From NCBI GenBank assembly GCA_002633005.1, contig NMRA01000133.1, positions 130,380-194,379 of the forward strand: a DNA stretch of 64,000 bases, given 5' to 3'. The number at the start of each line of letters is the position of its first letter. Position 1 is the stretch's first letter. The DNA is from Phoronis australis (Eukaryota; Animalia; Phoronida). Position numbers and translations under genes: made by a program. This document shows, piece after piece, positions 12,911 to 25,633 of this stretch. The notes under the pieces are model-generated. The model saw nothing but the letters and a program-made list of their open reading frames with translations, had not been told where the DNA came from and did no database searches.

Positions 12911-13753
12911 TACTTAATGTGTTGTAGTTTAGTTTTTCTAGCATATGTCATAGGTCAGAAGTATTATTAATTTATCGGCTAAGTTTATTTGTGGGTTATA
13001 ATTTTTTCATGTCTTGCTATTCATGGAAGATCTGAAAAAGTCACTTGTACTTGAATAGGGTATGCAAATTTTAAAATATAATTAAATTTGGTTTCATTAA
13101 TTTGTGAATTAGAATTTCTGTCAAAATTTTGGGAATCCCTGAACAAAACTTAAGGCCATTTCACACTAACGTTGACGCCTCAATGCTTTGAGGAGTTGCG
13201 GTCAGTATCAACAGTTAACTTCAGTCCTGGATCGAAGTTAATAGTGTCAGTTAAGTTCGCAGTAATTAGTGAATTTATTAGTGGAGCGTCATCGATATTA
13301 ACCCCAAGGGTCACTGTTTTCGACAACAATTTAAGGGCAGTGTCATCGCTAAGATTTGCTAATATTTTGCTCAAGTAATCACCAGTCGAATAATTAATAA
13401 GTTTATGTCAATTATCACGCGTAAATATTCTCAAATTGTCACTTGAAAAAATCCTAGCACACGCGGGACAAAAAATCCGCCATTTCTCATTCTACCTCGA
13501 ACGTGATCTTATTCTTAAGTGCTAACTTGCTACTACTTCAGTGGCGACAATGTTACCAACCGTATGATGGGTAAAACTAACTTTGCTTTTCACATTAACA
13601 CTTTGCTCATACCAGAGTTAAATTAGTATCCAAAGGACCTTTGAAGGAGTTGTCAGAATAGCTGCTAATTTATGTAAATTGATGAGTGTTAGAGAACTTG
13701 TTGTTGGTGTTGCAATGCCATTTATGTAGTTTGATGTTTGAATGATTAGTCAA

Positions 13754-14238
13754 GGTTATGTAGGACTCTAGAAAAATGTTCAAATTTAGATAACTTCGGA
13801 GCATAATATCTCAAAAACGGCTGATGGGATTCATACGAATATTCAGATGCTATGTTTGATGCACTGTTCTCGACTCATTGTTGATTTGTTTTTTATGCTG
13901 TTACTCTTTTGCATGAGGGCTGTCAAAAGTAGGTCTTTTTAAATTTTTAGGAAAAAAATCAAAAGTTGCATCAAACGAAAACAACAAGATATTCTAAAAA
14001 ATGGTAACAGCATTTTTGAGATGTTTTGAAAATTTATGTCAATTGAAATTTGGTTATGTTTTTGATACTTTAAAAGACATGGTCACATGACCCAATTAAC
14101 AGCAGATTGGTGTCGAGTTAAAAATCAAAATTCCACTGACTTTTTATGTAGAAATATTATTCTTTTACTGAGTTAGAACTATACTTTTCTACATAGTTGG
14201 CTAAATACACAAACTTGTCAGTAAGGTCCTACGCAACC
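13754..14238 (+). mobile_element. MITE family B (Kolobok-like), copy 2
   Basis: TIRs GGTTATGTAGGAC and GTCCTACGCAACC, with degenerate TTAA flanks (tcaa/tttg). Internal similarity to 4212-4697 and 56019-56630. Confidence 0.75.
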
Positions 14239-15365
14239 TTTGAGTAAATTATCTTTCATAATATACAAAATTGAATTTGGCACCCCTTTAAATTTAGAGA
14301 TACAAAGCCTTTGTTATCAGTTGAGCATTATTCTGGTGGTCCCTTGAAAATGGTTACTTTAATATGGCAGAAGTTAACACAAATCAAATTTCTCTGGTAC
14401 AAATGTCTATACAAACTCAACTTGGTCTGGAGCAAACTGACTGTGGTGTCAGTCACCCACTTCAAGGGGGTGCGAATTGTACTCGTTTTTTTCACATCCA
14501 CTTCCCATCCGAATGGAAACTGAAGTTCAGCGGAAACAATCGTCCCAGCTGTCTTCATCATTCAATGACTTTGGACACTCCTTTATAGTATCAGTTATGC
14601 ACAGATCTTAGACTTCCGCCTTGACATTTTTTCCAAAAAGTTCATCTAAAAGTGAGCCAACATGGGCTTAGATATAGGAACGTCTGCTTTATTGTTTCAA
14701 TGAGGGTGAAAAAGGTGAACTCAAACCCACTGCCCCCCAGTCGACGTTAGTTCTGCCTCCGCCTCCTAGGTCACCAGCTAGGTTAGCCCCGAGGTCTATA
14801 CCAGTTTTACCCTCTCTACCCCTAGCAGGCATCTGCGACATGTGTAGACACCAGTTTTACCTCCACCACTGGTCCCTTCATTCTTCATGTTTGGGGGATA
14901 CTCACCCCACCCCCTTCCTGTACTTACAATGGTGTAACTTCATTCCATGCTAAAGTCATCATATTATTCAACTCAACAAGTGGGTTATCAAGTTGTTCTG
15001 TTGGTTTCCTGGTTATAATAGTACAAGACTTCCATCTACAAACTGACTGTCGGGTTGTCGGTTCTTTTAAGTGATTTGTTGCTTTAATTTTTAAGGTGGC
15101 AAGATTGGTGGATAGCTGTTAAATAATTACTTATTGATACCTTAATACCTATGTTTGTAGTGTTTTATGAAATATATGTTTATGGAAGAAAATACTTGTT
15201 GTTAAAATTATGAATTTGATAGATGCTTTGGTGATTGACTTATAAAATTATCATGATTGTGCTCAATTATCAAAAAACATTTTAACCTAATTACAGCTAA
15301 AAAACCAAAAGTTCACGTTAATCCTTACAATTGGTACATTTTTGAAATCTTTACAGGTTACTTAA

Positions 15366-15612
15366 TCTGGCCATAAACCCACTTCCCATCGCAATATGAA
15401 ATTGGGCTCGATATTTTCTAGACTTGGAAAAAATAGCAGTTCAATATTGCTGGAGACCAGGCTTCACTGTTAGCTTGTCACTGAGCGTCATTTTATGCGT
15501 GGTGCGTCGTCTCATGTAATACTGAACTATAAGACTTTAGATCAGTTTTCTAGCTAAAAGAGGTCTATTTGAAAAGTTAGTTTCTTCGGTGGAATACTGG
15601 TTTATGGCCCCT
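15366..15612. mobile_element. TTAA-flanked MITE
   Basis: ttaa-tctggccataaaccc at the left end and ggtttatggcccct-ttaa at the right end; inverted core GGCCATAAACC. Confidence 0.6.
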
Positions 15613-17254
15613 TTAAAATTAGGTGGTCAGCTTTTACTACTCCAAGGAGGCATTTACTCAGTATAAATAAACATGATGTTGCAAAAAACAAATAATGGTT
15701 GATTCACAAAACATCAGGTTAGACATTGGCTGTTTACTGTGGATTCCTTTGTTGATCAGCTTTCTTCTAAAGACTGTTGCCATGGCAACTAAATTTGAGA
15801 AAACACAGAACCTGCTTCAAATGTTTTATGGGACTTGCATCATCATGTCACTCGTGCTAGCTTGCACGAACTTTCGAAAACTTCTATTTTGCTTGTAAAT
15901 TGACTGTTTTTGCTATTGGACAACTGACCTACATTTTAAAGAGATTTTATTTGAAGATTTTGTCCATTGTTAAAAGGTCAAATGGAAAATAATCATTGTT
16001 AAAAAGATACCAAACTCAGTTTTGACCTATTAACAATTATTAAAAATGACTTTCCTAACCAATTCCATGAAACAAAATAATGCACTGGTAACCCTCGACA
16101 ACCCTCAAAATTTTGTAGGAAAATTTGAAACTTTCAAATTCGGGCAAGCGTGGCGTACACTTTTAGAAAATTACATGGCAACTGTGGGGAAAGATCAGCC
16201 AGTAAAATCTTCATTTATATCCAATCTGTAACACAGTGAGCATGAATTTTTAGTTGATTCCTGCTTTTACCTTTCAAGATTGATGTCAACGATGCATTAT
16301 CAGATTACATAACAAGGATTGGTTGAAATCATCAAAACAGGGTTTAGTATCCTTAAGGTATTTCAGTTCTGAAAGTTCGTAATGAAGAAAAGTTTCAATT
16401 TTAAACACAAATAAAAGTTCTAGTCTCAAAATTAGATTTGAGGTCAATTATTGAGGAAATGTCCGCTGGGAGTTCTGGCTTGCTCTGATTGGATGGGTTT
16501 GTTTAGACCCACCTGTTTTCAATTTGCCTGTTGGAATGTTTTGCTAATAGAGTTCTAATGCTCTCTATACTCCACCCTGGGTATATCTCCTATACTTTTG
16601 TTAACCATAATCACAATTATCTTGCCAATAATGCGTCAAAATTACCGTAATTACGTAATTACCTGTAACCTTGTAGGATCCAGTTTCCCAAACAGGCTCT
16701 CTTATTCTCACATGGCTGGCAAAAGGAAGTCATTAAATCTTTGTAAGGCATTAGTGTGTTTTGGACAACACATTGTAACAATTTCCACTAACCCAAAGTG
16801 CCTTATTCACAACCCTGATTTCCTTCCATTTTCTTTCCAACAAGACAGGGAAATGATTTACTCTGTCTTGTGAGATAATTATGTGTTGTGTACACTGAGG
16901 TAATCACATGGCCATTATAAACTCATTTGACAAGGCTTGAATGCATTTTAGTGAATGTTGCTGTGTATTGTTGAGAGTTTCATGCTGGGTTGTTTATTCC
17001 AAAGCAGCATGCATGTACCGTCAGGGGAGGGAAACGACATGGTCACAGAACCCATTTCAAATGGGATTACACACTCTCTCTAGCGAAACGGTCAGTAAAA
17101 AGTCACCCTTCTGTGCAGCTCATGCTGTATACCTCTTCTGTAGGGGTACCCTGGGAGTGAATCTCACCTGTCCCTGCAACACCTATGGAGATCTGATTTA
17201 TGAGCTCAGTCTCTGGGTCACTGGCTTGTTTCTCATCCCTGGCTGCAGATTGTA

Positions 17255-17483
17255 GGGTGTAATCTCATCAAATTAGGACAAAAATAATTGCCAAAATCAA
17301 TATTTATTTCATCTTTCAAATGCTTCTGTCATTGTTTTGAATGCCCATAATATCTCAACATATAGTCTATGCCATTGAATTTTAAATGATAATGCATTTA
17401 TTTTGTGCTACTACTTACATTTAAGAAAACTTTGAAAAAAATGAAATTTCATATTATATCCTACTAACTTAGAGATTTCGCTC
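17255..17483 (-). mobile_element. MITE family A copy, reverse orientation and diverged
   Basis: TA|gggtgtaatctcatcaaattaggaca at one end and tcctactaacttagagatttcgctc|TA at the other. Confidence 0.6.
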
Positions 17484-20029
17484 TACTGACTTGCCGTTTT
17501 CGGTTTCTAACTAGTTTTTTGTAACAAGAAGCCATATTTTAGAATAATATACCAGCATCCTTTATGCTATTTCTGTCTTTCTATGATAATCATCTTTTTT
17601 AAATGTGTTGAAGGCCATCACAGATATGAACAAGGGCAGCTTATTTTAATTCAATGTTCCTCAAGAAACCAAAAACTGAAGTTCTTGAACTGCTCAGGAT
17701 GGACCACTTAAAATGCGGCTGCAACTCACTCTCCAAAGGAAACGCCTTGCAGACAAAATAGCTGTGCTACTCAAAATGTCTTTTTCATGTGTGTGTCAAC
17801 TATCTGTCTGATGCAGCAGAGATACCACCAGTATTCGTGGTCATTCTCAGTACATAAGGAGTGGGCCAGTGAAAAAGTGGAGCTTGTGTATGTTCACGTG
17901 ATATGTCAGTGTGTTCTTAAATGGAGATGCTTTGCCACATACTTCAAACGTTAAGTTGACTCATTTTTTCAATTGGTGCTTAATTTCAATTGCATACGAT
18001 TTCATTGAAAAGGAAGCACTTGTAAAATATTTGTGATTGAAAAAACACTTCTGTGGTTTTTCATCAATATCAGGTTCTCACCTACATTTGTAACAGTACA
18101 TTTTGCACCTAACATGAACCCGGCCAACCTGTTGGAATTTCGCATACTTTTACACTTCCATACTTCCAGTTATGCCATGGATGGGTACAATGGCAGTTAG
18201 CAGACACTGAACTTTGACCCCTATGGTTGTTCTAGTTGTATAATTTTCTTTTAGAGCATTGTCAGAAAATTCAACACCTAAGTGTTTAACAGATCATCAA
18301 TCATTCAATTCTGCCGAAAGCTTTTTTGACATAACTCATCTTTTAAGATATTTTCTTTTGTTCATTACAAATAAATACTTAATAAGATATTTTTTACTTA
18401 TTACAAATTATAATAAATATTTGATTGATTAACCTTGAAAATAACATTGATTTCAACAGTTAATACAAAAGTTCATCTTGTAATCCACGGATAATGAATG
18501 TAACTTTCTACTGATTAAAGTAGTTAGTCGTATTTTATCAAAGCTAAGCAACAAAATTCCATAGAGATGGTCAAATAATTGATAACCAACCGTCCCCGCA
18601 AGTATGAATTATTTAGATGCTTTCCATTATGTGTTCAGTTCTTAATTATTTTCTGGGCAGTAACCTTTTTCAGAAATCCCAATGCCGAATCACATTTCCT
18701 GCCAGTGTTTCTTGTATTCTTTTTGTAGATTGGAATGCTGCCTTGAAGCCATTGTCATTGCCATTGTCATTAAAGTTCTTTTTCTAAGAGGTTCACTATT
18801 TATTCACGTGGATAATTCTGCAGAATGTCTCTTTAATGTCCCTACCAGCTATTACTTGAACGGTATCTGAAACAATTGATATTTAATTGTTAGTGGTAAT
18901 TTATAGATTTTAGTGAGACAACCATGAAATTTTGTGTCTAAAATAGGACGTTTATTTTATTTTCACCCTTAAGTAATAGCTTTTCTCTGAGTTTACTCAT
19001 GAATAAATGTCAGGGATTCACAAATTCTATTCATGAATTTGCACAAATGAGTCAGCTTTATATCGTTTTCATGCAAACCAACTATGAAGTCTGGACAATT
19101 AGGGAAATTATTGTTGATTTATTATGGGTTTTTCTTTCATAAATTACATCATGTGTGATGTCGTAATTGAAATAAATGGACCTATAATAGTGCATGGGTC
19201 GAATAATTGGACCAAGTTAGCCAAAATGGAAAGAGTTAACAGATGTTATTTCTTGATTGGTATTCTTTTGAATAACAACATCATAACAAAGAGAAATTTA
19301 TAGTTTTCATCTGCAGTTTATTTGTTGAGTTGAATGCTTGAATGACATGTAGTCTTGTTCCTGGTGTTATAAACAGGAGTTTTTTCTGGTGGGTGAGTTA
19401 TGTTTCAATAGTGTTTGAATTTTGTAGTTTTTGTCAAAGATGAGACTTTGTTAATTTCTGAATTTGACTCAGATGGTCGCAGTGAAATCAGCATAGTTAA
19501 AAGTTGATAGAAAACCTGTGTACAAACGATGGGTACTAGTCGTATGTAAAGGGACAGTGACAGGGCTTAAGTTAAATGACAGAAGTTGTTTGGTTCTTTG
19601 GCATAAACTCAGTCACAATGGTGTTATTTTTCAACAACTAAAGGTCAAGCAAACTGTAATGAATTGTGAGAAGTGATCTCTTAGCTTGTCTCCACTCAGA
19701 AATATGACTGTAGGTGTAGTTCATACATTTGTTCATCTGTCATTTATTAATTTATGTTTTCTTTAGAACTGAGGTTCAGTTTATCCTTAGCTTAAAGATA
19801 GAGACTCATAGTCAGACATTTCTTCACTTTAATTTCTTCATGTCAGAAATTAGATGCTCTTGTGTAACAATTTGTTTTTCTAAGCTACAGCTCTCTGTGT
19901 GTGCAATGTTGTTAATTAGCTGAGAGTTTAGAAGGGTTGATTAGGTGAATTGAAAACGTGAGGGTACAATAGGCAGCTGCCTTTGGAAGGTTCTTCTGAG
20001 TAGTAAACGGACTGGGAGGCGTTAAATAA

Positions 20030-20255
20030 TAATTGCCTTGTACCAGCCGTGAGCAGGTCACTCAGCTTAGGCGGATCCATTGGATTGATCACCTGGAACC
20101 ATTCTTATGCTTTATTAATATATTGATAAAACCGAGGTGAGGAGCTTAAGAGACTTGACTCAAGGGTCTAGCAGTGTGGCCCAGTGGTGCTTGAACCCAC
20201 GACCATGAGTAAAGGAAGTGGACACCCATTACACTATATTACAATGCCTCCTCGA
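20030..20255 (-). mobile_element. tRNA-derived SINE, copy 1
   Basis: The reverse complement (tcgaggaggc...ggtcgtgggttcaagcacc...cacactgctagacccttgagtcaag...gctcctcacctcggttttatcaatatattaataaagcataa...caggtgatca...ctggtacaa) aligns along its length with 62021-62232. B-box GGTTCAAGCACC. Confidence 0.8.
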
Positions 20256-22014
20256 CGGGAGGTGTTACTGTGCAACCAAAATCCTGACCAACACTGTACC
20301 AAGATATTACCACTTAGGTGGGTACCTCAACCTATACTAGCTGATTAAAAATCCTAACCAATACATTGCCAGTTAGCCTTCCATATTGCTCATCACCTTC
20401 CTGTGGACTTGTGATATGCTTTTGAACCTCTTTGATTTTTTTCTTATGTCATGAGGAGTGTGTCTTTCTCCATGTAAAACAGAGATTCCCATGCCAACAC
20501 AAGACTTTTACATACTCAACCCTGTGTTTTGAACACTGGCTTAATGTGTTTGACTGATTCTGAGGCCTCAGGTCCTACTGCTCCTGTGAGATTCTCATTT
20601 CAAAACCTTTAAAACAGCAATGTACCTTGTAATGTGTTTTAAACAGCTTGATTCTTCTTTGACTGGGTTCTTATGTCACAAGCCCTACAGGACAACTACT
20701 CCTGGCAGAGATTCTCATCCCTAAAACCACCAAGACAAGCCCAGCCATGTAAAAATTCCTCATAATGTGTTTTTGAGTTGCCTTTATGTGTGTTTCATGG
20801 TTGTATCTGTGACATGTATCTGTTAACACTGTGACAACAACCACATTGACCAGTAGCTGTGTTATCACAGCAGGGTGTCTTCTCATGCCATCTGTCATCT
20901 GTTGTGTACACTCACACAAACCAGTGACTCCTACTGTGGGAGACAGTGACAGACAGTGATAGGATGAACACAGTAGTTGTGCTCAATGATAATGACTATG
21001 GCAATAGTAATTAGCATATTAATTTGTTACGACAATTTCCATAACTAGGCCACTTAAATGTACATCTCGAGTTTTCCATATATAGCCATGAGGCTACTTT
21101 TAGAACCACAAGCATAGATTTGCAGTGTGTCCCAAAAACAAGGTTTTCTTCACGGGCAGTCCATTGGTTTAAATACCAGTTTCTGACTATTACATCATTT
21201 TTAGGAATATATTTTCACTTTAATTTTTCTAATTGAACTCCCCTGCTTCCAAAATTGCACCCAAGCCTACGGTACTTTTGGGGCAGTGGAAAGGTAAAGG
21301 TGTGCATTTCCAAATACCTGGGACTTACTATCAGCAATATGATTATAGAGTAATGATATTGTCGTCAAAGGTATTTCTCCTACTTACTATAATGATAATA
21401 AAAATAATAATAATAGTATGATATTAATTATTAGTTATTATAACAGTAATAGAGCAATTATTTTTAAAAATTTCCAAGAGATATCTTTCATAAATTGGGT
21501 ATATTATTAATAATAATAATGATAATAATAATGAGACTAGAATGTTTTTGGGTGTAGTCTCATATACATCATTATTTCGTAATACTTCTTTCACATAAAT
21601 TGAAAGTTTGTTGGTGGCTTCCTCTTATGTTCACAATTTTAGTTCTAAGGAATTATTAATGTTTTTCCAAGACACACCTTAAAATCATCCCACCTTTGCA
21701 ATCCCGTGACACAAACTGGCAAAAATGCCAGAACTTGGAAATTCTCGAAACTATTAATCAATATTCATCTTTACGAGGTTGTACTTTTCTATAGATTTCT
21801 TGAGAGACCGGTTCAGTTGACCCTTGTGTGTTGACAGACTTCCCCTGATAATGGTCCAAACTGATTATCCTGGGAAACAAAAGGGATTCTCATTAAGTGA
21901 AACTCTAGAAGTTGAATGGTTGGTTCATTTCTACTATTGTAACAACAGCTGGTTCTTGAAATGTTACGTGGATGTGTTCACTAAAATTTTCCCACGCTGT
22001 TACAGTTTGCAACA

Positions 22015-22335
22015 GAGCAACAGTAGTAGTAGCTTGAGTAGAAATAGGAACAGCATTAGTAACAGTAACAGGAGCTAGAGTAGAAATAGTAACTGTAGCG
22101 TCAGTATCCATAATAGTAGCATTTTAGTAACAGTAGCAGTAGCATGAGTAAATATAGTAACTGTATTAGTGAGAGTAGTAGGAACTAGAGTAGAAATAGT
22201 AACTGTAGCGTCAGTATCCGTAATAGTAGTATTTTAGTAACTAGCAGTAGTAACTATACCAGTAGTTAGTAGTAGTAGTAGGAGTAACCATAGAAACAGT
22301 GATAAATAGTAGCAGTAATAACAGTAGGATTAGTA
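22015..22335. repeat. Degenerate (AGT/AGC/AAC)-rich low-complexity tract with an internal ~110-bp-period duplication
   Basis: ctagagtagaaatagtaactgtagcgtcagtatcc occurs at 22075 and again at 22185. Confidence 0.85.
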
Positions 22336-24094
22336 ATAAAGCAGTGGGTTAGACAATTGTAACACTGGTACAAGTAGTTAGTAGGATACTCCTCAGTTTG
22401 GTAGAAAAACAAATTTGTCACTTTTTAAAGGAATCTAGAATTGTTTTGAATGGCCATAAATCTTCAGTTGGAATGCATAAAACTTGAAAACAATAATATG
22501 TCCCTGCAGTGCTGCTCAAGATCTCAAAATGAGATGATGGAGTCTCACTTATGCGCTATCTTGTGTCCTAGTTGATGACATTTTAGCGTATGAACTTCAA
22601 AATTTCAGGCAAAAATAATTGCAAAATTGGTCTGTCTTTACTTTTCAAAGGTTTGTAACATTGTTGTGAATGGCCACATTATTTAGAATCATTCTCTGGT
22701 GCTACCTGTGATATAGATCTCAAAACTGATGTGTTGATGGTACTTACCTTTTATGAAAAATATTAAAAATAAAGTTTCATATTGTGTACTAAATTGGTGA
22801 ATTTTTACCAAATTGCTCAATTTGCAGTACCATCAGCTGTACACTATGAAAGACAATCATGGTGGAGATTTTGATTGGGATTTTTTTCATAGTCATCACC
22901 AGACTTATTTGTTTGTCTTATTTATAAGTTTTACTGCAATTCTAAAATGTCTGACTCAGCTTTCACAATATTTTATATCTGTTTATTTAAAGTGCCGGGT
23001 TGATTTCCGTTTAGCCTCTTGTATGAACTTGGACCCCTTGTTGAACCGATCCTTCATAGTGACAGACTTCTGAACCCTAAATCTGCAGTCATGTGACAGT
23101 TTTATTGACATTGAAATGTCCCAGGCGTTACATTGATGTCTTTGAACAGAAGAGCATCCCCATTCATCTACCCAGTTTTTTACTGGGGAATTTTTATTTT
23201 TACTAACTCTCACTGTTACATGGGGTGCATACAACTTACAAATGATTCCCAAAGGATTTTTGTCACTACGTATATCTGAGCAATCCCTAGCCCATCAGTG
23301 ACCTGTAAGGGTAATTTAAGTTCATATGCACTTTTTTCAATTTTGATATTGTACGTTTCTGAAAAAGAGAAATGCCACTTTGTAAAACTGGGATTTTGTA
23401 GTAAAAAATAAAAAAATAAATTTTGTATTTATTACCAGTCTCGTTATTTGTAAATACTTTCAGTTTAGAATACAATATGGCAGAAATTTGAAATTTTACT
23501 TCAGTTTAGAACATTTTGTTTTGTGGATCTGTGCTCATTTTGTGATAACTACTTGAAAAAATAGAACTATGGTAATATTGGCAATTATACAAATTTAAAG
23601 AGTACTTTGATGTTGAATTCGCTTTCCGCCCAGCCGACGTGACGGGGAATTCTGGGTCATTTTGTCTGAATACTTTTGGCTTGTACTGTATGTATTGCCT
23701 TCTTGGCTGACTGATCACGGGTTGACTATAATCCCAGTCGGGCGATAAATCATCGGTTGATATTCGGTGTACACTAATACTAATCAATAGGCAGAATCTT
23801 TCTGCATGGGCACGACTTGGCTTTCTAAACAATCTGCGGCTTCTCAAGAGGGATTCAAGTGTGAAAAATCAATGTAAGAGATCTGTTCTCTGCGACTGTG
23901 ATTTCTCATCAAGACCATTTGTGTTTGGAGCTCTGTCAAATTGTTGTTGATTCTTGTTTTTCTTTGGCGTCACAAGAATACAAATGTATAACACATTCTT
24001 TTGATGGTCTGTGTCTGTTTGGTGCGCCATCAGATACAGTCAGACTCGGATTACAATAACAATGATGATAATAATAATAATGATTTGCTATGTA

Positions 24095-24337
24095 ATGTTA
24101 ACATCTCACCAATTTCAGACAAAATAATTGTATTTGTCAAAATTGCCTTTTTATTTTTCAGGGGCTTCTACTGTTCTTGTGATTGCCCGACGTTTTTCTA
24201 AACTTTTCCTACCGGGTAGCTATGATACAAAACTTGAACATGGGGAAAATTTAAATTAGGTACTACATATGGAAAATTTACTGAATAAAATTTTACTTTT
24301 GGGCCATATTGTGTCCTAATATGGGCAGATTTAACCG
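24095..24337 (-). mobile_element. MITE family A, full copy next to the assembly gap
   Basis: TIRs TA|atgttaacatctcaccaatttcagaca and tgtcctaatatgggcagatttaaccg|TA. Confidence 0.75.
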
Positions 24338-24350
24338 TAATTGACGGCAA

Positions 24351-24755
24351 NNNNNNNNNNNNNNNNNNNNNNNNNNNNNNNNNNNNNNNNNNNNNNNNNN
24401 NNNNNNNNNNNNNNNNNNNNNNNNNNNNNNNNNNNNNNNNNNNNNNNNNNNNNNNNNNNNNNNNNNNNNNNNNNNNNNNNNNNNNNNNNNNNNNNNNNNN
24501 NNNNNNNNNNNNNNNNNNNNNNNNNNNNNNNNNNNNNNNNNNNNNNNNNNNNNNNNNNNNNNNNNNNNNNNNNNNNNNNNNNNNNNNNNNNNNNNNNNNN
24601 NNNNNNNNNNNNNNNNNNNNNNNNNNNNNNNNNNNNNNNNNNNNNNNNNNNNNNNNNNNNNNNNNNNNNNNNNNNNNNNNNNNNNNNNNNNNNNNNNNNN
24701 NNNNNNNNNNNNNNNNNNNNNNNNNNNNNNNNNNNNNNNNNNNNNNNNNNNNNNN
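24351..24755. other. Assembly gap (N run)
   Basis: About 405 consecutive N. Confidence 0.99.
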
Positions 24756-25549
24756 GAATGCCAAATGGGATAGTGTCTTAACCTCAATGCCGCGTCGTCT
24801 GGTTAAAATGCAACCCATTGGCCAAAACAATAATAACAACACTAGGCGAGCTGAAGTCCGTGAGAGACGGACGCATCGTTGCTAACTCAGTAAGCAGGTG
24901 CTTGTAGTTGACTCAGTTTTCTGTATTTTGTTACCTCAACTGGATATCTCAAAACCTTCATGCTTCAATGGCAAATGAAAGATGGGAAACTTTCCGTACC
25001 AGTTGATAAACCAATTCATATTTTACATTCTCAGGCCATTTCTAGTTTTCAAAGTTGCTGGACTCAAGTTTGGCAAATCAAGTATATTAAATTCAAATTA
25101 AAGATAAAATTGAAGTGTGTTATACACCCATATGAACCATGGTCTTTAATCAGGGTACAGAAAATCTCCTGAGCGGCGTGTCTTTCATTCTCTAACAATA
25201 ATTGCGATGATCTGTAGTTATTGTTAAAGAATGCAATTACATGCAACTTTGGAGATTTTTCATACCTGCATCAAAAATAGTCTAATTTGAACTTTAGCCA
25301 CCATATTCGCCAAACTTGGGTCCAGCAACTTTAAACTTTACTAAACATGGGAAAATCTCACCAATTTTGGACCTAAGTTACTGCTCAGAGAATCGCCCTT
25401 TTTTCCTTTTTCAAAGGCTAAACATTCTTGTGAATATCACATCTCAAAACATGATGGTTAATCTCTAGTATAGAACTTTGAAATAAGCCAAGTCATAAAT
25501 TGTATCTGTATATGTCAATCTCTGATTGGATTTCTGTGTTTGACCAGTG

Positions 25550-25633
25550 GTCCCGATGGCTCAGTGGTTAGAGCGTCTGCACCGCTAACAGAAGGTCCTG
25601 GGTTTGAGTCCCGATTGGGGACAAGAAGTTTTT
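25550..25633 (+). pseudogene. tRNA-like cloverleaf (pseudo-tRNA or tRNA-derived repeat head) with a T5 terminator
   Basis: Acceptor GTCCCGA/TGGGGAC, D arm GCTC-AGTGGTTA-GAGC, anticodon stem TCTG/CAGA, T loop TTTGAGT (TTCGA decayed), then TTTTT at 25629-25633. The anticodon loop lacks U33 and the stems have mismatches. Confidence 0.7.

Noticed and set aside
14700-14800. Possible minus-strand tRNA-like head (gtgggtttgagttcacc)
   Set aside because: Only a B-box-like word; no convincing A-box or second copy.
24198-24842. Three long ORFs of 146-214 aa
   Set aside because: They consist mostly of the N gap.
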